A DNA stretch of 64,000 bases, taken from assembly GCA_963677815.1 (NCBI GenBank), contig OY782499.1, positions 54,828 through 118,827 of the forward strand, in the 5' to 3' direction. Positions 27,908 to 37,240 of this stretch are shown piece by piece. Both the position numbers and the translations under genes were made by a program. Numbering within the stretch: position 1 is the stretch's first letter; the number at the start of each line of letters is the position of its first letter. The notes beneath the pieces were generated by a model. That model was not told the DNA's origin, ran no database searches, and saw only the letters and a list, made by a program, of their open reading frames with translations. The stretch comes from Candidatus Cloacimonadales bacterium (GTDB lineage: Bacteria; Cloacimonadota; Cloacimonadia; Cloacimonadales; JAFGVF01).

Positions 27908-27935
27908 TTGCTTACAAATTTATAATTATTATAAT
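27908..27935 (+). promoter_or_regulatory. Peroxiredoxin promoter overlapped by a perfect PerR-type box
   Basis: TTGCTT-N16-TATAAT. TTATAATTATTATAA at 27920-27934 equals the 7-1-7 Per box consensus TTATAATNATTATAA and lies 34 nt before the ATG. Confidence 0.6.
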
Positions 27936-27967
27936 ATTTTAAAATTAATTAAAATAAGGAGACAGAA

Positions 27968-28621
27968 ATGTACGAACAAATGAATATGCCTTTATTAGGG
28001 GATAAATTCCCTGAGATGCAAGTTATGACTACAAGAGGAACTAAAGTATTACCAGACGATTATAAGGGTAAATGGTTTATATTATTCTCTCATCCTGCAG
28101 ATTTCACACCTGTATGCACAACAGAATTTGTAGCTTTTCAGCAAGCTTATGATGAATTAAAAAAATTAGATGTTGAACTTATTGGTATGTCAGTTGATCA
28201 AGTATTCTCTCATATAAAATGGGAAGAGTGGATCAAAGAAAATATTAATGTAGAGATTAAGTTCCCTATTATTGCAGCAAATGATCAAATAGCTCTCAAA
28301 TTGGGAATGCTACATCCTGGTAAGGGAACAAACACAGTAAGAGCTGTATTTATAGTCGACCCTGAAGGCAAAACAAGATTAGTTTTATATTATCCACAAG
28401 AAATAGGCAGAAATATATCTGAAGTTGTTAGAGCAGTAAAAGCACTACAAATTTCTGATAAAGAGAAAGTAGCTATGCCAGCAGATTGGCCTAATAATTC
28501 AATAATTAATGACCATGTAATTATTCCACCAGCAACCGATGTTGATACAGCTCAAAAAAGATTAGCTGAAAAGAAATATGAATGTTATGATTGGTGGTTC
28601 TGTCATAAGAAATTAGATTAA
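27968..28621 (+). CDS. Peroxiredoxin (Prx6/1-Cys-like, AhpC/TSA family)
   Basis: FTPVCTTE peroxidatic Cys motif; 217 aa; AGGAG 6 nt upstream. Confidence 0.9.
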   Translation: MYEQMNMPLLGDKFPEMQVMTTRGTKVLPDDYKGKWFILFSHPADFTPVCTTEFVAFQQAYDELKKLDVELIGMSVDQVFSHIKWEEWIKENINVEIKFPIIAANDQIALKLGMLHPGKGTNTVRAVFIVDPEGKTRLVLYYPQEIGRNISEVVRAVKALQISDKEKVAMPADWPNNSIINDHVIIPPATDVDTAQKRLAEKKYECYDWWFCHKKLD

Positions 28622-28656
28622 GGTACTTGTTAAATAAACTAGTAAGATATAGATTA

Positions 28657-28684
28657 AAGGCGGAAAATAACTTCCGCCTTTATA
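28657..28684. terminator. Bidirectional hairpin terminator between the convergent prx and kce genes
   Basis: AAGGCGGAA/TTCCGCCTT 9-bp stem with T-rich flanks on both strands. Confidence 0.6.
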
Positions 28685-28697
28685 ATTATTGGTGTAC

Positions 28698-29543
<846 letters not shown>

Positions 29544-29566
29544 CTATTTTTTATTTTTTTATTTTA

Positions 29567-30811
29567 TTAATAAAATGATTTAATTGCATCTAATGATTCT
29601 TTAATCATATTAGCTGCATGAACAAGTTCAGCTTCTGTATGTCTATATGCGATATAGCCATGGTGATAAGGTTGTAAGAATACACCTCTTCTGATAAGTT
29701 CTGTATAGAATTGAACACGAGCTTTCTTATAAACTTTATCAGCATCTGGAACAAAAGTAAGATAAGGCATCAAAGCTCCACCTGAGAAATTAACAGGTAA
29801 GCCTGAATCTGCAACTATCTTACTAACATTAGCAGCAAACTTTTCACCTTTAGTTTTGATTTCATCTAAAACATTATACTTTTCTAAGAAGGCTATAGTA
29901 GATAAAGAAGCAACTTGTGCATCGGAATTTGGGAAGTAAGTTGATGATAAGAAAGCTCTGTCTGCAAATACGCTCATGAATTCTTTCTTACCAACAAGGG
30001 CTGCAATAGCATAACCATTAGCCATAGCTTTACCAAATGTTGATAAATCAGGGGTAACACCAAACAACTTCTGAGCTCCACCCATTGAGAAACGGAAACC
30101 TGATCTGATTTCATCAAAAATTAATACTGAACCATATTTAGTTGCAAGCTCTCTCACACCTTCTAAGAATCCAGGTTTTGGCATTTCAACTTCATGTCCT
30201 AATGGATGGCCAACAGGTGTTACGATAATTCCTGCAACATCATCACCATGTTTTTTCATTAAGTCTTCTAACTCATCCAAGTGATTATATGTAAATTCTA
30301 GGGTATCTTCATAGTTTTTTTCTAAAACTCCCCCCTTGACTTCAACACACCAATCGTGCCAGCCATGATAACCACATCTGATTATTTTCTTTCTTTCTGT
30401 GTATGCACGAGCAGCTCTTATTGCTGCAGTAGTAGTGTCTGAACCTGTTTTTAGTAGAGCGGCCATTTCACAAGAAGGAATATGTTCTTGCAGCTTTCTT
30501 ACTAATTTGTTCTGGATTTCTTGAGTTAAAGAGAAACAAAAACCCTTTGTTCTTATCTGTTCTATTACAGGGTTATCAATTTCTTCTTCACAATGACCAA
30601 CAATTATTGGTCCATAAGCACAAAGAAAATCTAAGTATTCGTTGCCATCTACATCCCAGACCTTGCCACCCTTTGCACGGTCAAAGAAGATTGGATATTC
30701 TCCAGGGACAAAGTTGTAAGGTCTTCTAATACCTGCAACTGCACCTGGAACAAGTTCTAAAGCTTCTTCATAAAGCTTCATTGATTTGGTCAAATTTAAT
30801 TTCTCTGACAT
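29567..30811 (-). CDS. Class-III PLP aminotransferase; candidate 3-aminobutyryl-CoA aminotransferase
   Basis: GSDTTTAA, DEIRSGFR and TFGKAMANG (PLP Lys) motifs. The specific function is inferred from adjacency to kce and the thiolase. Confidence 0.7.
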   Translation of the reverse strand: MSEKLNLTKSMKLYEEALELVPGAVAGIRRPYNFVPGEYPIFFDRAKGGKVWDVDGNEYLDFLCAYGPIIVGHCEEEIDNPVIEQIRTKGFCFSLTQEIQNKLVRKLQEHIPSCEMAALLKTGSDTTTAAIRAARAYTERKKIIRCGYHGWHDWCVEVKGGVLEKNYEDTLEFTYNHLDELEDLMKKHGDDVAGIIVTPVGHPLGHEVEMPKPGFLEGVRELATKYGSVLIFDEIRSGFRFSMGGAQKLFGVTPDLSTFGKAMANGYAIAALVGKKEFMSVFADRAFLSSTYFPNSDAQVASLSTIAFLEKYNVLDEIKTKGEKFAANVSKIVADSGLPVNFSGGALMPYLTFVPDADKVYKKARVQFYTELIRRGVFLQPYHHGYIAYRHTEAELVHAANMIKESLDAIKSFY

Positions 30812-30886
30812 ATAAATCTCCTGATTACATATTTTTATAACTATGACCAGATTTTAATATTAAAGTTTTTCTGTCAAAGTATTTAA

Positions 30887-31077
30887 CCCAAATAATGCAA
30901 TAGATCTTTGAGAATAGCACTATATTCTTTTGCAAAAGTAACTTACATAATTCTTCCGAATATATATATTATATGCGTCGTAATTCTGTAAGCTATTTTG
31001 CTAAAAGAATCTGCAATCTTCGCCTGTGATACGTAGCTTTAGCGAAGTATTACTAAAGCACTACTGCACCATCTGGG
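30887..31077 (-). mobile_element. MITE-like element family A, copy 3 (191 bp, module Y replaced)
   Basis: Termini CCCAAATAATG ... CACCATCTGGG. Flanked by the direct 5-mer TTTAA on both sides. Confidence 0.7.
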
Positions 31078-31119
31078 TTTAACCAAAATTAGTGAAATTA
31101 GTGGAATTAGTGGATTAAT

Positions 31120-31144
31120 TAAAAAGCCCTGCATCAGCAGGGCT
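31120..31144 (-). terminator. Intrinsic terminator after the thiolase gene
   Basis: AGCCCTGC/GCAGGGCT 8-bp stem with an ATCA loop and a T-run on the minus strand. Confidence 0.7.
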
Positions 31145-31198
31145 TAATTCGAGAAATTAGTTATAATTCGTGGTAATTAGTGTTAAAAGAACTGACTC

Positions 31199-32392
31199 CT
31201 ACATTTCCCAAAGAGTAGTGATTCCCATACCACCACCAATGCAAAGAGAAGCTAGTCCTTTTTTATTACCACGTTTTTTCATTTCGTGAAGTAAAGTAAC
31301 AATAATTCTTGCTCCTGAGCAACCAATAGGATGACCTATAGCGATTGCCCCACCATTAACATTAGTTTTATCAGGGTCAACAATTATTCCATCTTCAGCT
31401 AGGCCTTTAAAGACAGAGAGTGATTGAGCTGCAAAAGCTTCATTAAGTTCTAATAAATCAATATCTTTCATGTCCCAATCTGCTTTTTTTAATGCTTTTT
31501 TAATAGCAGGAACAGGTCCAAAGCCCATAATAGAAGGATCAACTCCGCCTGAAGCATAATTAACTAAGGTAGCTAGAGGTTGATAACCTAGTTCTTTAGC
31601 CTTATCTTCACTCATAAGAATTAAAATAGCAGAGCCATCATTGATACCAGATGAATTAGCAGCTGTTACACTACCATCTTTCTTAAAAGCTGGTCTTAAC
31701 TTAGCTAATGCTTCTTGGGTTACTCCTGGACGAGGGAATTCATCTTTAGTAACTGCGATTGGATCTTTTCTTCTTTGAGGAACCATTATTGGCACTATTT
31801 CATCTGTAAATCTACCTTCATTCATAGCTCTTTCAGCTCTATTTTGTGATTGGGTAGCAAAGGCATCTTGTTCTTCTCTGGTAATATTCCATTGGTCAGC
31901 TAAGTTTTCAGCTGTAATACCCATGTGGTAACCATTAAAAATATCAAATAATCCATCATGAACCATAATATCAACCAATTGCTTATCCCCCATTCTAGCT
32001 CCCCAACGAGCATCTCTGGAAATATAAGGTATTTGGCTCATATTCTCTGTTCCACCTGCAACAACTATATCAGCTTCACCTAAAGCTATCATAGCTGAAG
32101 CTAAAGTAACTGATTTCATTCCAGAACCGCAAACCTTATTAATAGTATAAGCTGGAACAGTGTTTGGGATACCTGAATTAATTGATACTTGACGGGCAAC
32201 ATTTTGTCCTAAGCCAGCACCAACAACATTCCCTAAAATAACTTCATCAATTTGAGCTGGGTCTAATTTTAAGTCAGCAAGAATAGATTTTAATACTTGA
32301 ACACCCAATTCTACAGCTGAAACATCTTTGAATTGACCTCCAAAGCTTCCAACTGCACTTCTCTTAGCAGCGACAACGACTGTTTTTCTCAT
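31199..32392 (-). CDS. Acetyl-CoA C-acetyltransferase (thiolase II)
   Basis: [10 protein letters not shown] (active Cys), [11 protein letters not shown] and CIGGGMG motifs. Confidence 0.9.
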   Translation of the reverse strand: MRKTVVVAAKRSAVGSFGGQFKDVSAVELGVQVLKSILADLKLDPAQIDEVILGNVVGAGLGQNVARQVSINSGIPNTVPAYTINKVCGSGMKSVTLASAMIALGEADIVVAGGTENMSQIPYISRDARWGARMGDKQLVDIMVHDGLFDIFNGYHMGITAENLADQWNITREEQDAFATQSQNRAERAMNEGRFTDEIVPIMVPQRRKDPIAVTKDEFPRPGVTQEALAKLRPAFKKDGSVTAANSSGINDGSAILILMSEDKAKELGYQPLATLVNYASGGVDPSIMGFGPVPAIKKALKKADWDMKDIDLLELNEAFAAQSLSVFKGLAEDGIIVDPDKTNVNGGAIAIGHPIGCSGARIIVTLLHEMKKRGNKKGLASLCIGGGMGITTLWEM

Positions 32393-32440
32393 AAGTCACC
32401 TCTTGTTAATTTTTTATTTTGTTAGTTTTTTGTTAGTTTT

Positions 32441-33352
32441 TTATTTAGACTTCTCTTGAGATTTTTCAGTTTTTATTTCTTCAATCATCTGGTATAAATC
32501 ATTTTCATCAAACGTATAGGTTTCATTACAAAAATGGCAATTTGCTTGGAGTTTACCCTCTTTAAGTAAAGCTTCTTGAATATCAACTAAACCTAGTAAT
32601 TTAACTCCATTCCAAAACTTATCCTTGCTACAATCACAGGAAAAAGAAGGCTCAATTTCATCAGTAACAGAGAAATCAAAACCCTTTAAAACAAAGTCTT
32701 TAACTATTGTTTCAATATCTTTCCCCATATCAAGCAAATCGGAAATATTTGGCATTTTAGTAACATTCTCCTCCAACTTACTGATAACTTCCTCTTTAGC
32801 AAATGGCATCAATTGAACAATAAATCCACCTGAGCTTTTCACAGAAGCATCTGGATTTACTAATAAACCTAACCCAACAGCTGATGGGACTTGTTCAGAC
32901 TGAAGGAAGTAATAAGCTAAATCTTCTGCAACTTCTCCAGAAATTAATTCAACTTGTCCTGAAAATGGTTGTCTAACATTTAGATCTTTTATAATTGTTA
33001 AAGTTCCTTTTCCTACAGCATGGGCAATGCTAAGTCCGTAAATATTAGTTTTAGCCTCTAACTCAACTTTTTCTTGATTTACATAGCCCTTTGTTCTTCC
33101 TTTGTTTTTAGAAACTACTGTTCCACCTCCAAGTGGACCATCACAATCGATTTTCAAGGTTATTGATGATGCTTCATCTTTTAAATCCATTCCTAACATA
33201 ATGCCTGCTGACAACATCCTTCCGAGGAAGATAGTTGAAGTCACAGAAAGGTAATGTGATTCGAGAGCTTTTTGAACTGTTTGTGTTGAATTTACTGCAA
33301 AAAATCTTATCTGTTTATCTGCTGCAATACCTCTAATTGCTCTATCTTTCAT
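32441..33352 (-). CDS. hslO: Redox-regulated chaperone Hsp33
   Basis: C-terminal zinc centre CDCSKDKF ... CHFCNETY. Confidence 0.9.
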   Translation of the reverse strand: MKDRAIRGIAADKQIRFFAVNSTQTVQKALESHYLSVTSTIFLGRMLSAGIMLGMDLKDEASSITLKIDCDGPLGGGTVVSKNKGRTKGYVNQEKVELEAKTNIYGLSIAHAVGKGTLTIIKDLNVRQPFSGQVELISGEVAEDLAYYFLQSEQVPSAVGLGLLVNPDASVKSSGGFIVQLMPFAKEEVISKLEENVTKMPNISDLLDMGKDIETIVKDFVLKGFDFSVTDEIEPSFSCDCSKDKFWNGVKLLGLVDIQEALLKEGKLQANCHFCNETYTFDENDLYQMIEEIKTEKSQEKSK

Positions 33353-33494
33353 TTGAATTATACCTCATAATAAATTTAGACCTAATAAAAAGATTTTCTT
33401 AGATATGTCAATAAAAAAGGCTGATAAAATTTTATTCTTGACACATTAAATGCTAGTTTGAAATTTGCATCAAAATAATAGCAGGAGAATTAAA

Positions 33495-33875
33495 ATGGAA
33501 TTTTCAAATGAACTTTATTACACAGAGTCCCATGAATGGGTTAAAGTAGTTGGTAAAGAAGCCTTTATCGGTATTACTGAATTTGCAGCTCATGAATTAG
33601 GCGATATCGTGTACGTTGAACTTCCACAAGTAGGAGACGAAGTTGAAGCTGGTGAATCTATCGGTTCTATCGAAGCTGTTAAAGCAGTTGAGGATATCAA
33701 CTCTCCTGTAACTGGTGAAGTTATTGAAGTTAATGAAGAGCTTGAAGACTCTCCAGACTTAATTAACAAGTCACCTTATGAAGATGGTTGGATTTATAAA
33801 GTAATTTTAGAAGATGAAGAATCAGTAAAGAACCTTCTTAGTGCTTCAGAATACACTAAATTAATCGATAACTAA
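33495..33875 (+). CDS. gcvH: Glycine cleavage system H protein
   Basis: ESHEWVK and lipoyl-Lys motif SIEAVKAV. ATG at 33495 follows AGGAG. Confidence 0.9.
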   Translation: MEFSNELYYTESHEWVKVVGKEAFIGITEFAAHELGDIVYVELPQVGDEVEAGESIGSIEAVKAVEDINSPVTGEVIEVNEELEDSPDLINKSPYEDGWIYKVILEDEESVKNLLSASEYTKLIDN

Positions 33876-33886
33876 TAAATTATTTA

Positions 33887-33944
33887 ATAGAGACTGTAGT
33901 TGCTAGCTAATCATAACTGAGTAAATTACAGTCTCTATTTTTTT
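33887..33944 (+). terminator. Intrinsic terminator after gcvH
   Basis: 12-bp stem ATAGAGACTGTA/TACAGTCTCTAT followed by T7. Confidence 0.75.
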
Positions 33945-33963
33945 AAATATAAGAATATAAAAG

Positions 33964-34596
33964 ATGAGTTTATCCCAAATATCAGAAAAGCCCTTTTTAA
34001 TAGTTATATCTGCTCCTTCAGGGGGAGGTAAATCTACTATACTCGAACGTGTATTGAATGACTTTGATAATATTCGGTACTCAATTTCCTCTACAACTCG
34101 TCAACCTAGAGGTCAAGAAAAAGATGGACAAGACTATTTCTTCTTAAACACTCAAGAATTTGAAGCAAAAATAGCTGAAAATGAATTCTTGGAATACGCA
34201 AATGTTTTTGGAAATTATTACGGAACCTCCAAGAAGTTTATTCAATCCTGCTTTGACCAAGGTCAGTATGTAATCATGGATATTGATGTGCAAGGTTGTT
34301 TGAAGCTAGAAAAGACTGACTGCCCTCTTGTAAAGATATTCCTTTTACCGCCTGACGGACAAGAATTAGAATCTAGGTTAAGAAAAAGAGGAACAGATAG
34401 CGAGCAGGTTATTGAAAAAAGATTGAATACTGCTCGTAAAGAACTAGAGCTGATTAACCATTATGATTACTTAGTAGTAAATGATGATTTAGAAAAAGCT
34501 GTTTATGCAGTTAAAAATATAATTTGGGCAGAAATGCACAAGGTGTCCAGATATAAAGATATTTATAACTCATTCTACAATAATATTGACAAATAA
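33964..34596 (+). CDS. gmk: Guanylate kinase
   Basis: P-loop SAPSGGGKST; TTRQPR; GMP-binding pattern. Confidence 0.9.
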   Translation: MSLSQISEKPFLIVISAPSGGGKSTILERVLNDFDNIRYSISSTTRQPRGQEKDGQDYFFLNTQEFEAKIAENEFLEYANVFGNYYGTSKKFIQSCFDQGQYVIMDIDVQGCLKLEKTDCPLVKIFLLPPDGQELESRLRKRGTDSEQVIEKRLNTARKELELINHYDYLVVNDDLEKAVYAVKNIIWAEMHKVSRYKDIYNSFYNNIDK

Positions 34597-34647
34597 CTTG
34601 TTGATTTTATTATTGGATATGAAAATAAAAAAGGATAGGAAAAGACT

Positions 34648-34950
34648 ATGATAAACCCAGAAATAGAGAAATTTCTTGAAGAAAGCGATATGTCTTATAT
34701 GTTTTGCTTGTTAGCAAATAAAGAGATTGAGAGAATCAATAAATTACCTCAATCTATCAAAGATGCATTTAAGAAAACTATTACTGAAGAAGCTTTAGAA
34801 CACGTTGCAAAAAACCATATTCCTGATTATATGTTTGAAAGCAATGAAGCTATGATTGAACAAAGAGACGAATTGTATGCTCATGATTTCGAAGATGATG
34901 ATGACGATGATCAAGACTACAACGAAATAATGGGTAACACCGAAGAATAA
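34648..34950 (+). CDS. Hypothetical acidic protein; positional candidate for RNA polymerase omega
   Basis: Sits directly after gmk (the common gmk-rpoZ synteny). Only weak resemblance to omega. Has a DDDDDD tail. Confidence 0.45.
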   Translation: MINPEIEKFLEESDMSYMFCLLANKEIERINKLPQSIKDAFKKTITEEALEHVAKNHIPDYMFESNEAMIEQRDELYAHDFEDDDDDDQDYNEIMGNTEE

Positions 34951-34958
34951 ATACTTTT

Positions 34959-34993
34959 AGCTATCTTGTAAAAATACAGGATAGCTTTTTTTT
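34959..34993 (+). terminator. Intrinsic terminator
   Basis: 12-bp stem AGCTATCTTGTA/TACAGGATAGCT (one G-U pair) with an AAAA loop, followed by T8. Confidence 0.75.
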
Positions 34994-34999
34994 ATATTT

Positions 35000-35701
35000 A
35001 TGAAATCCTATAATTTAGAATTACTTAAAATGTCTGGTTTAGACTTTATTTTCAAGAAGGATATTCATAAGTCAAAAATTGTAAATTTACCTCATACTTC
35101 TCAAGCTATTCAAGAAACATTATCCACAAAGCAAAATATTATACCCTCTCTAGCTGATCTTAATACCCAATATCAAAGCTGCCAAAAATGTCCTTTACAT
35201 CAAACTAGAACTAACTTTGTATATGGCGATGGTAATCCTCATGCTGATATTATGATTATAGGTGAAGGACCAGGTCAACAAGAGGATGTTGCAGGTCATG
35301 TTTTTGTTGGTCCAGCAGGCCAGCTTCTTACTAAGATGCTCAAAGCTATTAATCTAGATAGAGAAGACGTTTATATTACAAATATAGTAAAATGTCGACC
35401 ACCCCATAACAGAGACCCTTTCCCTGCTGAGAAGCAAACCTGTCTCCCTTATTTGATAGAACAAATTTCTATAATTAAACCTAAAGTAATTGTTCTTTTA
35501 GGAAAAGTTGCAGCTTCCACTTTACTGAGTCATCAAGAAAATGCTACTTTAAAATCATACAGAAATAAAGAGCATTATTTTCAAAATATAAGAACATTTG
35601 TTACCTATCACCCATCTGCTTTACTTAGAAATGCTTCTTACAAACTACCTGCTTGGCATGACTTACAGTATATTCAGCATTATTTAGAGAATCTGAAATA
35701 A
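35000..35701 (+). CDS. Family-4 uracil-DNA glycosylase
   Basis: CQKCPL Fe-S cysteines, GEGPGQQED, FVGPAGQLL and a C-terminal HPS motif. Start codon uncertain (no clear RBS). Confidence 0.8.
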   Translation: MKSYNLELLKMSGLDFIFKKDIHKSKIVNLPHTSQAIQETLSTKQNIIPSLADLNTQYQSCQKCPLHQTRTNFVYGDGNPHADIMIIGEGPGQQEDVAGHVFVGPAGQLLTKMLKAINLDREDVYITNIVKCRPPHNRDPFPAEKQTCLPYLIEQISIIKPKVIVLLGKVAASTLLSHQENATLKSYRNKEHYFQNIRTFVTYHPSALLRNASYKLPAWHDLQYIQHYLENLK

Positions 35702-35719
35702 AGCTTTTTCATAACATTT

Positions 35720-37084
35720 TTACAAACAAACAAAATCTGCATTTCTATATAAGATATCACCGTCAGTTTTTTCATTCAAATCTGGGGCCATTACTAATCG
35801 AATAATTCTATCATATTTCTTCTTTAATCTCATCTTTTCAACTTTATCATCAAGTTCATTTAAAACTTGCTGAGGATTGATTTTTCTTTTCCATTTTGCT
35901 TCACCAACCAGAAGACATTTACCATCTGTAGATTCACTAATAATATCAATCTCACTACCTAATTGATTCTTCGACTGACTCCACCATCTTTGAGGAGCCA
36001 TGAATGTTAAATCTTCTAGCTGAAGGTTAACTATTGCTTGCCTACATAATTCTTCCCAGGTTTCTGAAACATAGATATTCCATCTTAACTTTATTTCATT
36101 TTCTACTGTTTGAAGTCTATCACTATTCAGTTTTGATTGATTAGGAGTAACAAAAGTAAAGAAGAATCGTGATAAAGGGTCCTGTATTTTATATATTGTT
36201 TTTTTTGCATTTGATTCTTTCTCTCCCCAACAAATATCTTTTTTCACATAACCTGTTTGGATCATATTTGTAAGCGGTCTATAAAGATTTGTAGCTGGTT
36301 TATTGAGTCTAGATGCAATTTCTGACAGCTTATTAGATCCTTGTCCTATTACCGAAGCAATACTAATTGGTTGAACAGCACTTTTTAAATCATCCATGAA
36401 AAGTCGCAATGGTTCTTCATGTAAAACACCATAAGGGTCAAGAATTAGTTCTCGAATAGCTTCAAATAAATCACTATATTCTGCTCTAAGTTCCCAATTT
36501 CTAGGGATACCACCCCAAACAGAGTATTCTTCTACCGCTTGATAAGAAGTTAAATTTAAGGCACTCTTAAGCCACTTAACTTTCATAGGTTGTAAATTTA
36601 TAATTCGATGAGCCCTACCAAAGAGAGGAGCTGTTTTATCAAGAACTAGCCCCTGCATCATCTGCTGAGAGCTACCACATAAGACTAAGTTATAATTAGA
36701 ATTCTGTTTAAGATCAATTATCTTCTGAATAACGCTAGGTAATTCAGGTGAACTTTGAACTAAATAAGGAAATTCATCAATAATAATTGTTATTTTCTCT
36801 CTAAGTTGTTGATTTATCAATTCAAAGAAGGTATTCCAATTAGGGTATTCAATTTTATCAAAAGCAGTAATTATTCCACCAAGTTGTTGAGCAAAAAATC
36901 GTCTTTGAATAGATGCTTCATTTATATCAGCTAAGTAATAAATAGCTTTATTTCCTAAAATTTCATTTAGAAGAGCACTTTTACCTATTCTTCTTCTACC
37001 ATAAAGGACTATAAAACGACTATTAACTTTCTCTAATTCAGATTTTAAAATTCTTTTTTCATTATCTCGATTTAAGAATTTCAT
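35720..37084 (-). CDS. AAA ATPase with a C-terminal DUF234-type PD-(D/E)xK-like module (COG1672-like)
   Basis: Walker A GRRRIGKS; Walker B IIIDEF; wHTH-like middle region; C-terminal EIDIIS...LLVGEAKW. Confidence 0.75.
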   Translation of the reverse strand: MKFLNRDNEKRILKSELEKVNSRFIVLYGRRRIGKSALLNEILGNKAIYYLADINEASIQRRFFAQQLGGIITAFDKIEYPNWNTFFELINQQLREKITIIIDEFPYLVQSSPELPSVIQKIIDLKQNSNYNLVLCGSSQQMMQGLVLDKTAPLFGRAHRIINLQPMKVKWLKSALNLTSYQAVEEYSVWGGIPRNWELRAEYSDLFEAIRELILDPYGVLHEEPLRLFMDDLKSAVQPISIASVIGQGSNKLSEIASRLNKPATNLYRPLTNMIQTGYVKKDICWGEKESNAKKTIYKIQDPLSRFFFTFVTPNQSKLNSDRLQTVENEIKLRWNIYVSETWEELCRQAIVNLQLEDLTFMAPQRWWSQSKNQLGSEIDIISESTDGKCLLVGEAKWKRKINPQQVLNELDDKVEKMRLKKKYDRIIRLVMAPDLNEKTDGDILYRNADFVCL

Positions 37085-37184
37085 GTTAACTCCTTACTAG
37101 GTTTGATAATACAAGCTATCAATAAGTTATTATGTTTGTCAAGCATAATGTTTAGCAAGCACAATCTGGGATAATAGCTTATAT

Positions 37185-37221
37185 AAAAAAGTCACTCTTG
37201 CTACTTGCAAAAAGTGACTTT
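37185..37221 (-). terminator. Intrinsic terminator after the deiminase gene
   Basis: AAAGTCACT/AGTGACTTT stem followed by T6 on the minus strand. Confidence 0.7.
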
Positions 37222-37240
37222 ATCTATTTTATAAAATCAG

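Noticed and set aside
33353-33494. Looked for a glycine riboswitch upstream of gcvH.
   Set aside because: The 140-nt gap is AT-rich and lacks the conserved GGAGAG...CACCG cores. Only promoter-like boxes are visible.
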